NCBI GenBank assembly: GCA_016930085.1
Contig: JAFGHO010000081.1
Coordinates: 1 to 48,470 of the forward strand
From: Spirochaetales bacterium
GTDB lineage: Bacteria; Spirochaetota; Spirochaetia; SZUA-6; JAFGRV01
Length of the DNA: 48,470 nucleotides
Reading direction: 5' to 3'
Below the pieces are notes generated by a model. It saw only the letters and a program-made list of their open reading frames with translations, was not told the origin of the DNA and searched no databases. Position 1 is the first letter of the stretch, and each line of letters begins with the position of its first letter. The translations under genes and the position numbers were made by a program. Below are positions 37,865 to 48,470 of the stretch, piece after piece.

Positions 37865-39000
37865 TAAATGTAATAAAAAACAAATACGAACGGATTAAAA
37901 ACCTGCCGGTATTCAAGCTTCCCCGTGATTTCGGCTATAACGCTTTTTCCTATCTCGTGCTGGGAATTTTTATGGGAGTGGGAATCGCGGTTCAGTACTA
38001 TACACAGGGACCGATCGAGACGGAAACCCTTGTCGCCGTCGTTATCGGCACGATAATCATGGGGGGATTCCTTACGATATTTCCCCTCTGGATCACGGTG
38101 ATCCAGTTTCTCATTCTTTCCTGGGTGGGCATGTACGCGAAAGCGGGCGGCAGTTTCTATCCGCTTTACAGTTTTATCGCGGCCGGACTTGTTTTTTCAC
38201 CCGCTTTTCAACTGGTTCAGCATTGGGACAAGGTGGTGATCCTCCGGTTCGGAAAGTTCAGGAAGGCCCGGGGACCGGGGTTGTTCATGCTTTTCCCGAT
38301 CATCGACAGGGTGACCGCGTTTGTCGATACCAGGATACGGGCGACCGATTTCAGCGCTGAAAAAACATTGACGATGGATACGGTTCCCGTCCACGTTGAT
38401 GCGCTTTGTTTCTGGATGGTGTGGGACGCAAAAAAGAGTGTGCTCGAGGTCGAAAATTTTATCGAGGCCGTGGTTCTGTCTGCGCAAACGGCACTCCGGG
38501 ACGGTATCGGAAAGCACGAACTCGCAGACCTCCTTTCGGAACGGGAACATATCGGCAAGGAGATTCAGCAGATTCTCGACGCAAAGACGAATCCCTGGGG
38601 GATCAGCATACTGTCCGTCGAAATTACCGATATCATCATCCCGCGTGAACTCGAAGACGCGATGTCGAAACGCGCTCAGGCTGAACGCGAGCGCCAGTCC
38701 AGGGTTATTCTGGGTTCCGCGGAAGTCGAGGTCGCGGAAAAATTCGAACAGGCGGCGAAACGCTACAAGGACAATCCGACCGCGCTTCATCTGCGGGCCA
38801 TGAATATGATCTACGAGGGGATCAAGAAGCACGGGTCGATCATGCTCCTTCCGTCGACGGCACTTGAGTCGATGTCGCTGGGTACGGTAATGGGAGCCCT
38901 CGCACTCGGAAAGGAAAAGGGAATCGTTCCCAAAGGAAAGGCGGCCGGAGCGGCCGATTCCGAAGAAGACGGGAATGTAGGGGAGGATAACGGGGAATGA
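37861..39000 (+). CDS. SPFH/band-7 (stomatin-like) membrane protein with an extended N-terminal multi-TM region.
   Basis: Stomatin-like core VVILRFGKF...GPGLFMLFPIIDRV...ISILSVEITDIIIPRELEDAMSKRAQAERER. Start overlaps the GntR stop (ATGA). Confidence 0.8.
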   Translation: MINVIKNKYERIKNLPVFKLPRDFGYNAFSYLVLGIFMGVGIAVQYYTQGPIETETLVAVVIGTIIMGGFLTIFPLWITVIQFLILSWVGMYAKAGGSFYPLYSFIAAGLVFSPAFQLVQHWDKVVILRFGKFRKARGPGLFMLFPIIDRVTAFVDTRIRATDFSAEKTLTMDTVPVHVDALCFWMVWDAKKSVLEVENFIEAVVLSAQTALRDGIGKHELADLLSEREHIGKEIQQILDAKTNPWGISILSVEITDIIIPRELEDAMSKRAQAERERQSRVILGSAEVEVAEKFEQAAKRYKDNPTALHLRAMNMIYEGIKKHGSIMLLPSTALESMSLGTVMGALALGKEKGIVPKGKAAGAADSEEDGNVGEDNGE

Positions 39001-39034
39001 ATTATTACAACAGCAAACCTGAGGAGGTAAGGCG

Positions 39035-39712
<678 letters not shown>

Positions 39713-39715
39713 ACT

Positions 39716-41092
39716 ATGTCGGCGACACATAAAAAGCCGTTTATTTTGTTTCAGCCGTTTGTCTGGCTGTTCAATGTAATAAAATTCTGGATCGTGACGG
39801 TCTTCTGGGAGGTAATTGTCCGGGAGATCATTCTTAATAAAAACAATCAACGGGGGTTCGCTCTGGGACTCGGTATAAAGAACCTCTTCCGGTACAAGAA
39901 ACGGACCTTTATCACCTGTATCGCCATCGCCGTCGGAATCGCGATCTACGTCTGGGTCGATGCCTTCATGATCGGGTTCGAGGAGGATTCGAACAGGAAC
40001 CTCATCGATTTTGAAACGGGGACGGCGCAGATCATGAATGCGGAATATGCGGAAGAAAAGGATTTTCTTCCCCTCAATTATACGATAGAAAAACCGGATG
40101 AAATTATCGCCCTCCTGAAAAAAAACGGTATCCCGGCCACAAAACGCGTGCTGTTCGGGGGAGAAATGTTTTTCGAAGTGGGCTCGAAACAGGTGAAGGT
40201 TTTCGGTATCGATACGGAAACAAACGGCGATGTTTTCGACCTGAATGACAAAAAATATCTGACGGAAAACTCCTCGTTTGTGAAACCCGGTATACGTGAA
40301 ATAGTGATCGGGGCATGGCTTGCGGATACCATGAAAATTTCTCTCGGTGACACCGTCGACATCAGGGCGAGAACAAAAACCGGCGGCATCACCACCCTTA
40401 CCCTCACGGTTTCAGGCATTCTGAATACGGAAAATCCCGCTGTGAACAATACCGGCGTTTTCATGCCCCTCGATATCGTCGATGACGCCCTGCAGATGAA
40501 CGGGGAGGTGACCGATATTCCGATGAAGTTCGGCGAATGGAAGAACATCGACAGGGAAATCGAAAAGGTGAACGCCCTGATCGCCGGCGATTATCCGCAC
40601 ATGGTGGTGCGGAGTTATATCGAGCTTTTCGGGGGCGGGGCGATCATGGAATCAAAACGGAGCGTTATCAGCTTAATGCTCTTTCTGGTATTTGTGATCG
40701 CGGCGGTGGGGATTACCAATACCATGCTGATGGCCGTTTTCGAACGAATCAGGGAGATCGGAATGATGCGTGCCATGGGTATGAAGGATTCGGGAATACG
40801 GCTTACCTTCATGTTCGAAGCCGCCGGGATAGGGCTGCTCGGAGGACTCATCGGTCTTGCCCTGGGCGCACTGGCGAACTCATATACGTATTTTATCGGG
40901 CTGGACTTTACCGGCATTATGGGGAAAATGGAATTCGGATACCGGATGATCAATATATTCAGATCGACATGGAACCCCCAGACCATGATCGGGGCGTTTT
41001 TCGCGAGCATCCTGTTTGCCATGGGGGCTTCATTTATCCCGTCGTCAAGGGCGCTGAAAATGGAAGTCACCGAGTGCCTGCGGTACCAGTAA
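39716..41092 (+). CDS. FtsX-like (MacB-type) ABC transporter permease.
   Basis: N-terminal TM, large periplasmic domain, C-terminal 3-TM FtsX bundle. AAAGGAGG RBS. Confidence 0.75.
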   Translation: MSATHKKPFILFQPFVWLFNVIKFWIVTVFWEVIVREIILNKNNQRGFALGLGIKNLFRYKKRTFITCIAIAVGIAIYVWVDAFMIGFEEDSNRNLIDFETGTAQIMNAEYAEEKDFLPLNYTIEKPDEIIALLKKNGIPATKRVLFGGEMFFEVGSKQVKVFGIDTETNGDVFDLNDKKYLTENSSFVKPGIREIVIGAWLADTMKISLGDTVDIRARTKTGGITTLTLTVSGILNTENPAVNNTGVFMPLDIVDDALQMNGEVTDIPMKFGEWKNIDREIEKVNALIAGDYPHMVVRSYIELFGGGAIMESKRSVISLMLFLVFVIAAVGITNTMLMAVFERIREIGMMRAMGMKDSGIRLTFMFEAAGIGLLGGLIGLALGALANSYTYFIGLDFTGIMGKMEFGYRMINIFRSTWNPQTMIGAFFASILFAMGASFIPSSRALKMEVTECLRYQ

Positions 41093-41104
41093 AGGAGGAA
41101 ACCG

Positions 41105-42727
41105 ATGAAGTTACGCGTCATAGCATTCAGAAATATATTACGAAACAAACGAAGGAGCGTTCTTTCGGGCGTGGCGATTGCGATCGTCGCCATGATGATC
41201 ACGGTATTGCTGAGTCTGTACACCGGCATAGGAAAAGACATGAAAGACAATGTCTTTTCATACTTTACCGGACATATTCGAATCCGGCATAACAAATACA
41301 ATGAAAACGAGGAACTCATCCCGTTGCAGTTCGGTATCGATAATTACACCGCCGTCATGGCCGGCACGGAGAACATCGATACGGTGAAAGCGGTCGCGCC
41401 CCGCATCCAGTTCGGAACGGCATTGTACGGCTCGCCGCGGCTTTACATCAACGATATAATGGACTGGGATACATTCCTGAGCCTTTTAAAATCGGGAGAC
41501 GATCCCGTCTTTTCCTTTCTCAGGGAAAAATATATCTATGTCAGGGAACGGCTTGCCTCGCTCGGAACGGAAATCCCCGGTCTCGCCGGCGTTGATGCCG
41601 AAAGCGATAAAATAGTGTTGGGCGATGTATTGTTCGGATTGAATGAAGCGCTCGAGCGCTACGTCGTTTACAATCCGGAACGCGACGCCGGTATTACGCT
41701 TTCGGAAGAAACCCGGCGGTTTACCGGGAGATCAGTCGCGTTCGAAGAAAGGATCCTGTTCAATCGATATTTCCTGGAAGACGCGTTTCCCGACCTGATC
41801 ATGAAGAATCTCCGGGAAGGGAAAATGATCATCGGTATGGGCGTGGGCATGGATTTCGAAAGAGACAGGGCCTTTATCGATCTCGGGAAAAGATTACAGA
41901 CAGGCGGACTGCCCCCGGTGGGAAAAGAGGCGAAAGAAATGGTACTCACGGCCGGACTCGCCGAAAAGCTGAACGCGACGGTCGGGGACAGAATCACCAT
42001 GTCGACAAAGACAAAATACCAGGGGATGAACGGCATCACCCTCATCGTCACCGGTATCGTGAAACTTCCCATCGCGATGTTCAACGCGAGGGGTTTCTAT
42101 CTCCCCATTGACACGGCGCAGGAACTGCTCAAGATGGGAAACTCCGTCACCGATATCCTCGTGCTGCTCAAAAGCGAGGGCGACATCAAAAAGACCGTTC
42201 CCCTCGTCAATAATGTCATCGGGGAAGCGCACCTCACCGACGTCGAAGCGCGTCCGTGGACGACCATCGATATGTATCCCGATTACATCACCCTCATCGA
42301 TTATATCGGCTATATTATGGGGATGTTCTTTTTTCTGCTCGGCTCGACCGTCATCATCACCACGACGATGATGGTGATCTACGAACGAATGAGAGAAATA
42401 GGGACCGTGGCGGCGATGGGAATGACCGGCGGCCAGATCGTGAAGCTTTTCTTTCTCGAATCGTTCTATATCGGGGCGATCGCCTCTTTTGCCGGGGTGC
42501 TGCTCGGTTCGGTGGTGGCGATAGTCCTGGGAATCGTCGGGCTGGACTGGACGAAGGCATTCGAGACGATGGATTTCGCGATGTCCGGCCTTCTGAAACC
42601 GGCATGGGATATCGGGCTAGCCTCGATCGTATTCGTCTACTCGACCGCGGTCGCATCCATCGCTTCATTCTTCCCGTCGTGGAAGGCGGCGAAAATACAG
42701 CCGGTCGAAGCATTGAGGGCGGTATAA
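41105..42727 (+). CDS. Second FtsX-like ABC transporter permease.
   Basis: Same architecture as the first. AAAGGAGG RBS. Confidence 0.75.
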   Translation: MKLRVIAFRNILRNKRRSVLSGVAIAIVAMMITVLLSLYTGIGKDMKDNVFSYFTGHIRIRHNKYNENEELIPLQFGIDNYTAVMAGTENIDTVKAVAPRIQFGTALYGSPRLYINDIMDWDTFLSLLKSGDDPVFSFLREKYIYVRERLASLGTEIPGLAGVDAESDKIVLGDVLFGLNEALERYVVYNPERDAGITLSEETRRFTGRSVAFEERILFNRYFLEDAFPDLIMKNLREGKMIIGMGVGMDFERDRAFIDLGKRLQTGGLPPVGKEAKEMVLTAGLAEKLNATVGDRITMSTKTKYQGMNGITLIVTGIVKLPIAMFNARGFYLPIDTAQELLKMGNSVTDILVLLKSEGDIKKTVPLVNNVIGEAHLTDVEARPWTTIDMYPDYITLIDYIGYIMGMFFFLLGSTVIITTTMMVIYERMREIGTVAAMGMTGGQIVKLFFLESFYIGAIASFAGVLLGSVVAIVLGIVGLDWTKAFETMDFAMSGLLKPAWDIGLASIVFVYSTAVASIASFFPSWKAAKIQPVEALRAV

Positions 42728-42747
42728 TGAAAGGAGGAATTGAAATC

Positions 42748-43500
42748 ATGAAAACATCGGCATTTATCATATGTATGGTTCTGATTATGGCGCAGGGCCT
42801 GTTCGCGATTACCGCGGAGGAGATCGTCGGAAAAATCGAGGAGAACGAAAACATCTCCTCGTATTCGGAAGGAAGATTCGAAATTACGGACAACCTGGGG
42901 AAACGGGTGACGACCTTCAAAAGCTATCAGAACAAAGACGGGGACCTGCTGCTCGAGTTTACCAATCCGGAGGACGCGGGTCAGAAAATTCTCCGGCTCG
43001 AAAACGAGATCTATCTCTATTTTCCCGACGCGGTGGAAATCATTCACCTTCAGGGCGACGCCCTGAAGGACCGCGTGATGGGCTCCGATTTTTCGTACGA
43101 GGACCTCAGGGGAGGGAAAAGCCTGCTGGATAAATACGCGGCGGAACTCGGGGGAACGGAAACGGTTGACGGCCGCGAATGCTACAAGCTCGTTCTCACG
43201 GAAAAACCCGGCGCGAAGGACGTCATTTATCCGAAACAGGTGCTATGGGTCGACGTGGAATTGTTCGCTTACAGAAAAGGGGAGCTGTATTCGTATACGA
43301 ACCGTGAAGGCGAATACCGCCTGATAAAGGAGATGTCGGTATCGGATATTCGCCGGATATCCGGCAGAAGCATTCCGTTTTACATGGAGATGACCGATAC
43401 GATGAAGAAAAACTCTATCACCGTTTTCGAACTCGGTGAGATGAAAATCGATATCAAGATCGATCCGAACATCTTCTCTCTCGAGGAACTGACATGGTAG
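42748..43500 (+). CDS. LolA-like outer-membrane lipoprotein-sorting family protein (periplasmic).
   Basis: Start at ATG 42748 after AAAGGAGGA; the ORF-track 42256 start is an extension into the permease gene. Signal peptide MKTSAFIICMVLIMAQGLFA. Confidence 0.6.
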   Translation: MKTSAFIICMVLIMAQGLFAITAEEIVGKIEENENISSYSEGRFEITDNLGKRVTTFKSYQNKDGDLLLEFTNPEDAGQKILRLENEIYLYFPDAVEIIHLQGDALKDRVMGSDFSYEDLRGGKSLLDKYAAELGGTETVDGRECYKLVLTEKPGAKDVIYPKQVLWVDVELFAYRKGELYSYTNREGEYRLIKEMSVSDIRRISGRSIPFYMEMTDTMKKNSITVFELGEMKIDIKIDPNIFSLEELTW

Positions 43501-44657
43501 GTAAGGCCTTCTTTGCGTGGTCTATTGTACTGCTCGCAGTTTCCGCCCCGTTTGCCGGGGCGGAGATGATGCAGACGATTACGATCTCCGATTATTTTTC
43601 CCTCTCGCATACGGCCGATGACGATATTTCCCTCGCCAATCTTCTCAAGAACAGGTGGGATTTCAGATCGACAGGCAACGCGAACGTGAAAGCCCAGTTC
43701 CAGATCGATACATGGCTTTTGGGTCTGGATGCGTCAACGGGAATGCCGGCCATGCTGCTCGATATTCCGCGCGCCTATATCAGGGTCCGCTTTCCCGGAT
43801 TCAGGGCGGAGGCCGGGAAAACGAGGGTGTCATGGGGTGAGGGCTTTCTCTTCAACGCGGGCGATGTCATTTTCGGTGGTATGAGCCTTCCGGCCGATAT
43901 ATCGGCCGCAGAGTTGAGGGATGAAACCGATCTGTTCGCATCGGTCTATATCCCCCTGGGAAGATTTTCTTTTTTCGAGACGGTCTTTCTGCCAAACCCG
44001 GAAGCGGCGGCGGCCGGTCCGGGATTCTATCTGCCCGAGGCGATCGACATCTCGGACGCGTCGGCGGGAGGCAGGATATATTTCGAGATAAAACCGATCG
44101 CGACCGCCTTCGAAATCGGGTACCTCTATGACGGGGAAGCGCGGACGCACCGGCCATACACGAGCCTTCACGGGCACCTCCTCCTCGACTGGAACCTCTC
44201 GGCGGCGCTATCCGTTCCGCATACGGAGATCGATCCCGCGGTCATCGCGGAAGACCTCGACCTTTCTTTCGGCCTTTTTCACATGATCGGTCTCGAAGGC
44301 GACAGCAGCCTCACGCTGAGACTCGAGACCGCGCTTCAACCCGCGCAGAGATGGAAAGAGGAGGCGACGGCCGTCACCGGCCCCGGAATCATCGAACAGC
44401 CGGTTTACGGTATTTACCTCTATCCGGAAATCGTCTACTCGCCCGACAGCGCGTTGAGCTGCCAGCTCCGCTCCGTCATATCTCCCGTCGACGGGAGCGC
44501 GGTCGTTTTCGGCGGAATGAGCTGGAACATGTACCAGGGTTTTACCGTCGGTTGCATGCTGAGCGGGATGATCGGCGACGAAAACGACCACTTCGGATGG
44601 GGGAGGGACGGCGATCTGAGTCTGACCTTGAGCGTGGAATACATATTCGGGGAATAG
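43494..44657 (+). CDS. Hypothetical exported protein (possible outer-membrane component).
   Basis: Signal peptide MVGKAFFAWSIVLLAVSAPFAGA. Start overlaps the upstream stop (ATGGTAG). Confidence 0.6.
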   Translation: MVGKAFFAWSIVLLAVSAPFAGAEMMQTITISDYFSLSHTADDDISLANLLKNRWDFRSTGNANVKAQFQIDTWLLGLDASTGMPAMLLDIPRAYIRVRFPGFRAEAGKTRVSWGEGFLFNAGDVIFGGMSLPADISAAELRDETDLFASVYIPLGRFSFFETVFLPNPEAAAAGPGFYLPEAIDISDASAGGRIYFEIKPIATAFEIGYLYDGEARTHRPYTSLHGHLLLDWNLSAALSVPHTEIDPAVIAEDLDLSFGLFHMIGLEGDSSLTLRLETALQPAQRWKEEATAVTGPGIIEQPVYGIYLYPEIVYSPDSALSCQLRSVISPVDGSAVVFGGMSWNMYQGFTVGCMLSGMIGDENDHFGWGRDGDLSLTLSVEYIFGE

Positions 44658-45132
44658 CACGCATCGGGCGAAGAGTATAGGATATCGGATTATATTGCGC
44701 TGAAAATCCACGATAAATTACGGGAATATGAGCGGAAACCGGAAAACGGCCGGATCCGTCGAGTACGCCGGAAAACCTCATCAATGAAAATAATAGATCA
44801 AACGTAAGGAACGACTCGGATGCGCCGCCCGTCGACTTCGGTAACGATCTGATGTGTTTTAACCTCTTTAAACAATTAAAAATTTCGTATATAATAGACC
44901 GATTATATTATCGTTACCGGTTTGGTAATATATATCTCTCCTTGTGAGAAAAAGAAAGGATGAGAGCCGGCATTTATCTTGAGAAAAATGGGCAATCGAA
45001 AACGGATATTTTCTCAATAGCACGTATCATTTTTCTCTTTATATCGATTATACTGTTCATGATCGATCGGTTTAACAATACCCGGAAATACCCGGATATG
45101 TATATTTATATAAAAACGGAGGAAGAAAAATA

Positions 45133-45453
45133 ATGATTAATGTCAAGGATAAAGTCAATAAAATAAAATCCGAATTGACTGAGATGTACGGTGAAGAGAA
45201 TGTCAAATATCAAACGGAAAAAGACAACGATGATGTTGCATTTGATATCGTCAATCGTGTTTACCGATTCATAATCGATACGGGGAGAGGCGAATGTATA
45301 TTGACAATTACCTATGAATATTTACGGGATAGAGAAATGGGTGAAATATCAAGGATTATTCTTAAAACAGGCTATATGGGTAAATTACTGGAATCCGAGA
45401 CGCCGCCAAAAGAAATACGTTTCACCACGAACGGCATAAAAAAAATTGAGTAA
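45133..45453 (+). CDS. Hypothetical small protein (106 aa).
   Basis: ACGGAGGAAG RBS. No recognisable motifs. Confidence 0.5.
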   Translation: MINVKDKVNKIKSELTEMYGEENVKYQTEKDNDDVAFDIVNRVYRFIIDTGRGECILTITYEYLRDREMGEISRIILKTGYMGKLLESETPPKEIRFTTNGIKKIE

Positions 45454-45665
45454 TTCTTTGTATCGTTTTCCATTATATTGCCGTATCAGAATAACACCGA
45501 TGTTTTCGGCTTTGAAGTCCGGGATTATTACCGTCCTTCCGCGCCGTCATCCCCGTGGCATAAAAAAGGGGCGGCCCGGGGGGCTTTGAACGTGTTTTTT
45601 CAAAGCGCGCGGCCGTATCGTGCAGAAAACGTTTATACCCCGCGCCGCCCGAAGCGTCACAATAC

Positions 45666-45905
45666 CTAAAGCCGCATCACCTTTGAGTCGCCGCATATGA
45701 AAATATCAATCTTGCCCGGAGAGTCCGGGAAGCGGCGCCGCATGAGGTCCGCGATGACCGGCACATTATCATCGCAGGCGGTATGGATCGTCAATTCGTT
45801 TCCTCTCCAGTCGTATAGAATGATCCGCAGCCCGTCATACGCCATTTTCCTTATATGGCTCGAAATTCTTGCTTTTAAAGTGTTGTACGTTCTTTCTTTC
45901 ACCAT
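45666..45905 (-). CDS. Hypothetical small protein (79 aa), convergent with the previous gene.
   Basis: GGAGGG RBS on the minus strand. It overlaps a plus-strand ORF 45697..45945 that lacks an RBS. Confidence 0.4.
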   Translation of the reverse strand: MVKERTYNTLKARISSHIRKMAYDGLRIILYDWRGNELTIHTACDDNVPVIADLMRRRFPDSPGKIDIFICGDSKVMRL

Positions 45906-46104
45906 GATTTCGCCCTCCCTCTCGACCGTTACATTGTCATACTAATGCATCGTTTTCAGTGCATTCAAATTTTATCGGGGAAAACAAGGAAGGCATTAAC
46001 CGGTACAAAACAGGTATGAAGCCGGTATAGGGTGTATTGCCGTGGATAATGTGGCCGGTAGCAGGGGGTGTCTGGATAATGTCAGTAATAATTGCTTCCG
46101 CTGG

Positions 46105-46434
46105 TTAATTTATCAGGAGGCCTGGAAGCCGGGGGAAATTGTGGTATATGGCTTCATAACCTGTTACAATTCGACGGAGATATGACGCATTTATGAATTG
46201 TCCGGGCTTCACGACGACATGACTGTAATACCGGCTGATCGTTCGGATATCCGCGTGGCCGGCCATGATGTGGACTTTTTTGAGTGATAAGCCTTGTTCG
46301 AGGCTGTGAGTGTAAAACGTCTTCCGCAGAATGTGTGACACGCTCTGCTGGCGGACATCCTGCAGGAGGATGTAAGCGGCCCCTCCCCCGGCAAGCGGAG
46401 AAGCAAAGAGTATGGCGGAAAAAAACGAGAGTAA
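46105..46434 (-). pseudogene. 3' remnant of a tyrosine recombinase/phage integrase (catalytic C-terminal box only).
   Basis: HILRKTFYTHSLEQGLSLKKVHIMAGHADIRTISRYYSH matches the integrase HxxR...LGH...T..Y box (Arg, His and the Tyr nucleophile). The frame is closed by a stop about 96 nt upstream, so at least 250 aa of N-terminal and core domains are missing. Confidence 0.65.
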
Positions 46435-46748
46435 TCAGCAATCGTGAAAGGAGACGATGAAGGATAAAAAAGGCATAAAGAAAAACAGCCAATAGTCGAT
46501 CAGAAGAAGCGATAAACGTATAACGGTTGACTCATCGGTAGAAAAGGTTTTTTAATGATGATATACGCCGTATCCCAGACAAGCGGCTTTGCGATGGAAT
46601 GCAGGAAGAGGTGAAAGAACGCCGCTTTATTACGGAGCGGCGGATGAAAGAGATAAAGAAAAGTGTATTGATCGATAATTTAAATAAGGCGTTCCTTTGG
46701 AGGCAGATAATTCTTGAATTGTTCTCTTTTTTTTGATATAGTTGTACT

Positions 46749-47288
46749 ATGGCACTGACGAAAGTGAAATTGACATACCGGGATTTCATTCTCTTCCCCG
46801 ATAATGGAAAGCGGCATGAGCTTATTGATGGAGATCATTTTATAACCCCTGCACCATCCATACGGCATCAAATCGTATCAAAAAATATTGAATATCTTTT
46901 TGAACGATATTTCAGAAACAGCGATACCGGCATTATTCTGGATGCACCGGTCGATGTGTATCTGTCTGATTTTGATATTGTCGAGCCGGATCTCATCATC
47001 ATAAAAAAAGAGAATCAGAAGATTATCAGGGACAACTACATTAAGGGACACCCCGATATGGTGGTTGAAATAATCTCTCCCTCAACTCAAAAAAACGACA
47101 TTGAATTGAAAAAACATCTCTATGAAAAATATGGCGTAGAAGAGTACTGGATAGTCGATCCTGATAATAATGAAGTGCAGCAGTATGTATTACGTGAAGG
47201 AACGTATATGAAGCGCGGAACGTTCACCGACGGCATTACCGCACATATATTGCCGGATTTATCAATCGATTTAAAAAAGATATTTTAG
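46749..47288 (+). CDS. Uma2-family (DUF820) PD-(D/E)XK putative endonuclease.
   Basis: YRDFILFPDNGKRHELIDGD ... SPSIRHQ ... DAPVDVYLSDFDIVEPDLIII is the typical Uma2 signature. Confidence 0.75.
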   Translation: MALTKVKLTYRDFILFPDNGKRHELIDGDHFITPAPSIRHQIVSKNIEYLFERYFRNSDTGIILDAPVDVYLSDFDIVEPDLIIIKKENQKIIRDNYIKGHPDMVVEIISPSTQKNDIELKKHLYEKYGVEEYWIVDPDNNEVQQYVLREGTYMKRGTFTDGITAHILPDLSIDLKKIF

Positions 47289-47362
47289 GAAAATATTTTT
47301 ATTCCGGTTTTCACGACGAACATAAAAGACAGTACCCTCGATGAATATGAAAAAGAATCGAT

Positions 47363-47560
47363 ATGAATGTAGCGGTGAAGAAAATAATTCAATACATGCA
47401 GCGGCATGGTTTGTCAAAAATCATGCTTGCAGAAAGAATCGGCATGAATCGAAGTCAGATAACCAGATGTCTTGCGGGGGATTTTACACCGTCCCTGGGA
47501 TTTCAAAAAAGGATTAATCGTGTATTCGGTATTAATAATGACTGGATAGACTCTCCCTAA
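47363..47560 (+). CDS. Small XRE-type HTH protein.
   Basis: LSKIMLAERIGMNRSQITRCLAG is an HTH_3-like segment. Weak RBS. Confidence 0.45.
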   Translation: MNVAVKKIIQYMQRHGLSKIMLAERIGMNRSQITRCLAGDFTPSLGFQKRINRVFGINNDWIDSP

Positions 47561-47636
47561 CGAATCACCTTTGTTATACCAGACACGAACAGTGAATCTC
47601 AACTATGGTAGAAAAAGTAGAAAGAGAATTTGAAAT

Positions 47637-48194
47637 ATGAAGGAAATAGAAAAATTAGATAAAAGATTAACTACTATTATTAATAAACTTAAAAATGGAA
47701 TGATTATTGATGAAATTATTAAGCAGTTGAATGATTCAAATCCAATTGAATTTACGGCTGCGAGTAATGAAAATGTATTTGAAAAATTTTCAGAAAAAGC
47801 TGGTATTTATCTATTTGAGATAAAAAATAGTTCCAAGAAAAAAACTATAAAAGATTGGTTTGAAGAATTATGGAATACAACAGACATAAAAAATTTTCAA
47901 CATTCTCCCGCGATAATTAAAAAAAGAATAGCTGACAAAAAAGAAAAAGAATGGATAGAGTTATATTTAGGGAAAAGCAAAAATGTCTACAAGCGAATAT
48001 TGGAACATTATAATCTTGAAGCTGATAAAAAAACTTTCGGATTGAAATTACGAGCAAGAGGTGTAAAATTGAAGAAACAGAAGTTTAGAGTTAAGTGGTT
48101 TTATTTTGGAGATATTGAAGAATATATAACAATCTCTACAATAATTGAATCGTGTGTAAGAAATAAATTAAAACCAATAACTGGAAGGCAATAA
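47637..48194 (+). CDS. Lys-rich hypothetical protein with weak GIY-YIG/T5orf172-like motifs.
   Basis: GIYLFEI ... YLGKSKNVYKRILEH. The GIY and YIG-like elements are separated by about 50 aa, which is non-canonical. Very low GC. Confidence 0.5.
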   Translation: MKEIEKLDKRLTTIINKLKNGMIIDEIIKQLNDSNPIEFTAASNENVFEKFSEKAGIYLFEIKNSSKKKTIKDWFEELWNTTDIKNFQHSPAIIKKRIADKKEKEWIELYLGKSKNVYKRILEHYNLEADKKTFGLKLRARGVKLKKQKFRVKWFYFGDIEEYITISTIIESCVRNKLKPITGRQ

Positions 48195-48470
48195 TATGAC
48201 TGTGATGCAGGGTATTATGGTATTAAATAAGCGAAAATCCATAAATTGATAAGCAATATGAGTAAAATATTTCAATCTGAAAATCATTTAAAAAAGTCGC
48301 CGATCGATAATTTCCAATGTATATTATACATATAAGTTCGCCAACAATTATCGTGTTTCATTATAAAAAGATACAGAATATATAAATGTCAGATCGAATA
48401 TATAAACACAAATAACAGAAAGACAGTGCAAACAGAGACCATAAAAAAGGGAGCATCTGTTATGAAAGTA

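Larger units (their letters stand above)
44700..48470. mobile_element. AT-rich island remnant carrying small ORFs, a truncated tyrosine integrase, a Uma2 nuclease, an HTH protein and a GIY-YIG-like protein. Degraded integrative element.
   Basis: There is an abrupt drop in GC by eye after 44.66 kb, together with the integrase 3' fragment. Boundaries were not determined. Confidence 0.4.

Noticed and set aside
46154-46492. 112-aa ORF upstream of and overlapping the integrase fragment in another frame.
   Set aside because: The translation is Arg/Cys/Pro-rich with no integrase similarity. It is probably non-coding debris of the deleted element.
48460-48470. ATG AAA GTA at the very end of the window after GGGAG.
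   Set aside because: Possibly the start of a downstream gene, but only 3 codons are visible, so it is not annotatable.

Overview
This is a 48.5-kb window of bacterial chromosome, about 55% GC by eye. LolA-like proteins, FtsX/MacB-type ABC transporters and a likely outer-membrane beta-barrel point to a diderm host of unknown lineage. Most of it is ordinary core and accessory content: thi4-thiE, a GGDEF cyclase, folC, a GT4 glycosyltransferase, guaB, a RodZ-like protein, two ABC transporter operons, a sigma-54-driven glnB-amt-glnA nitrogen cluster, and HD-GYP, GntR and SPFH genes. The best candidate for an undescribed system is a low-GC two-gene islet directly 3' of a tRNA-Cys (13.85-15.63 kb). 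It pairs an ABC/AAA_21-type ATPase with a DUF4276/TOPRIM-like protein, start codons overlapping as ATGAGTGA, the same architecture as PARIS/AbiL/OLD-type anti-phage modules. A second AT-rich island remnant sits at 44.7-48.5 kb. It carries a truncated tyrosine integrase, a Uma2-family nuclease, a small HTH protein and a GIY-YIG-like protein. Other signals are noted below: an 18-bp perfect hairpin, a sigma-54 promoter, a consensus sigma-70 promoter, in-frame tandem repeats, and unlisted small ORFs. GC estimates are by eye only, and all homology calls are motif-level recognition from the translated sequence, not database searches.
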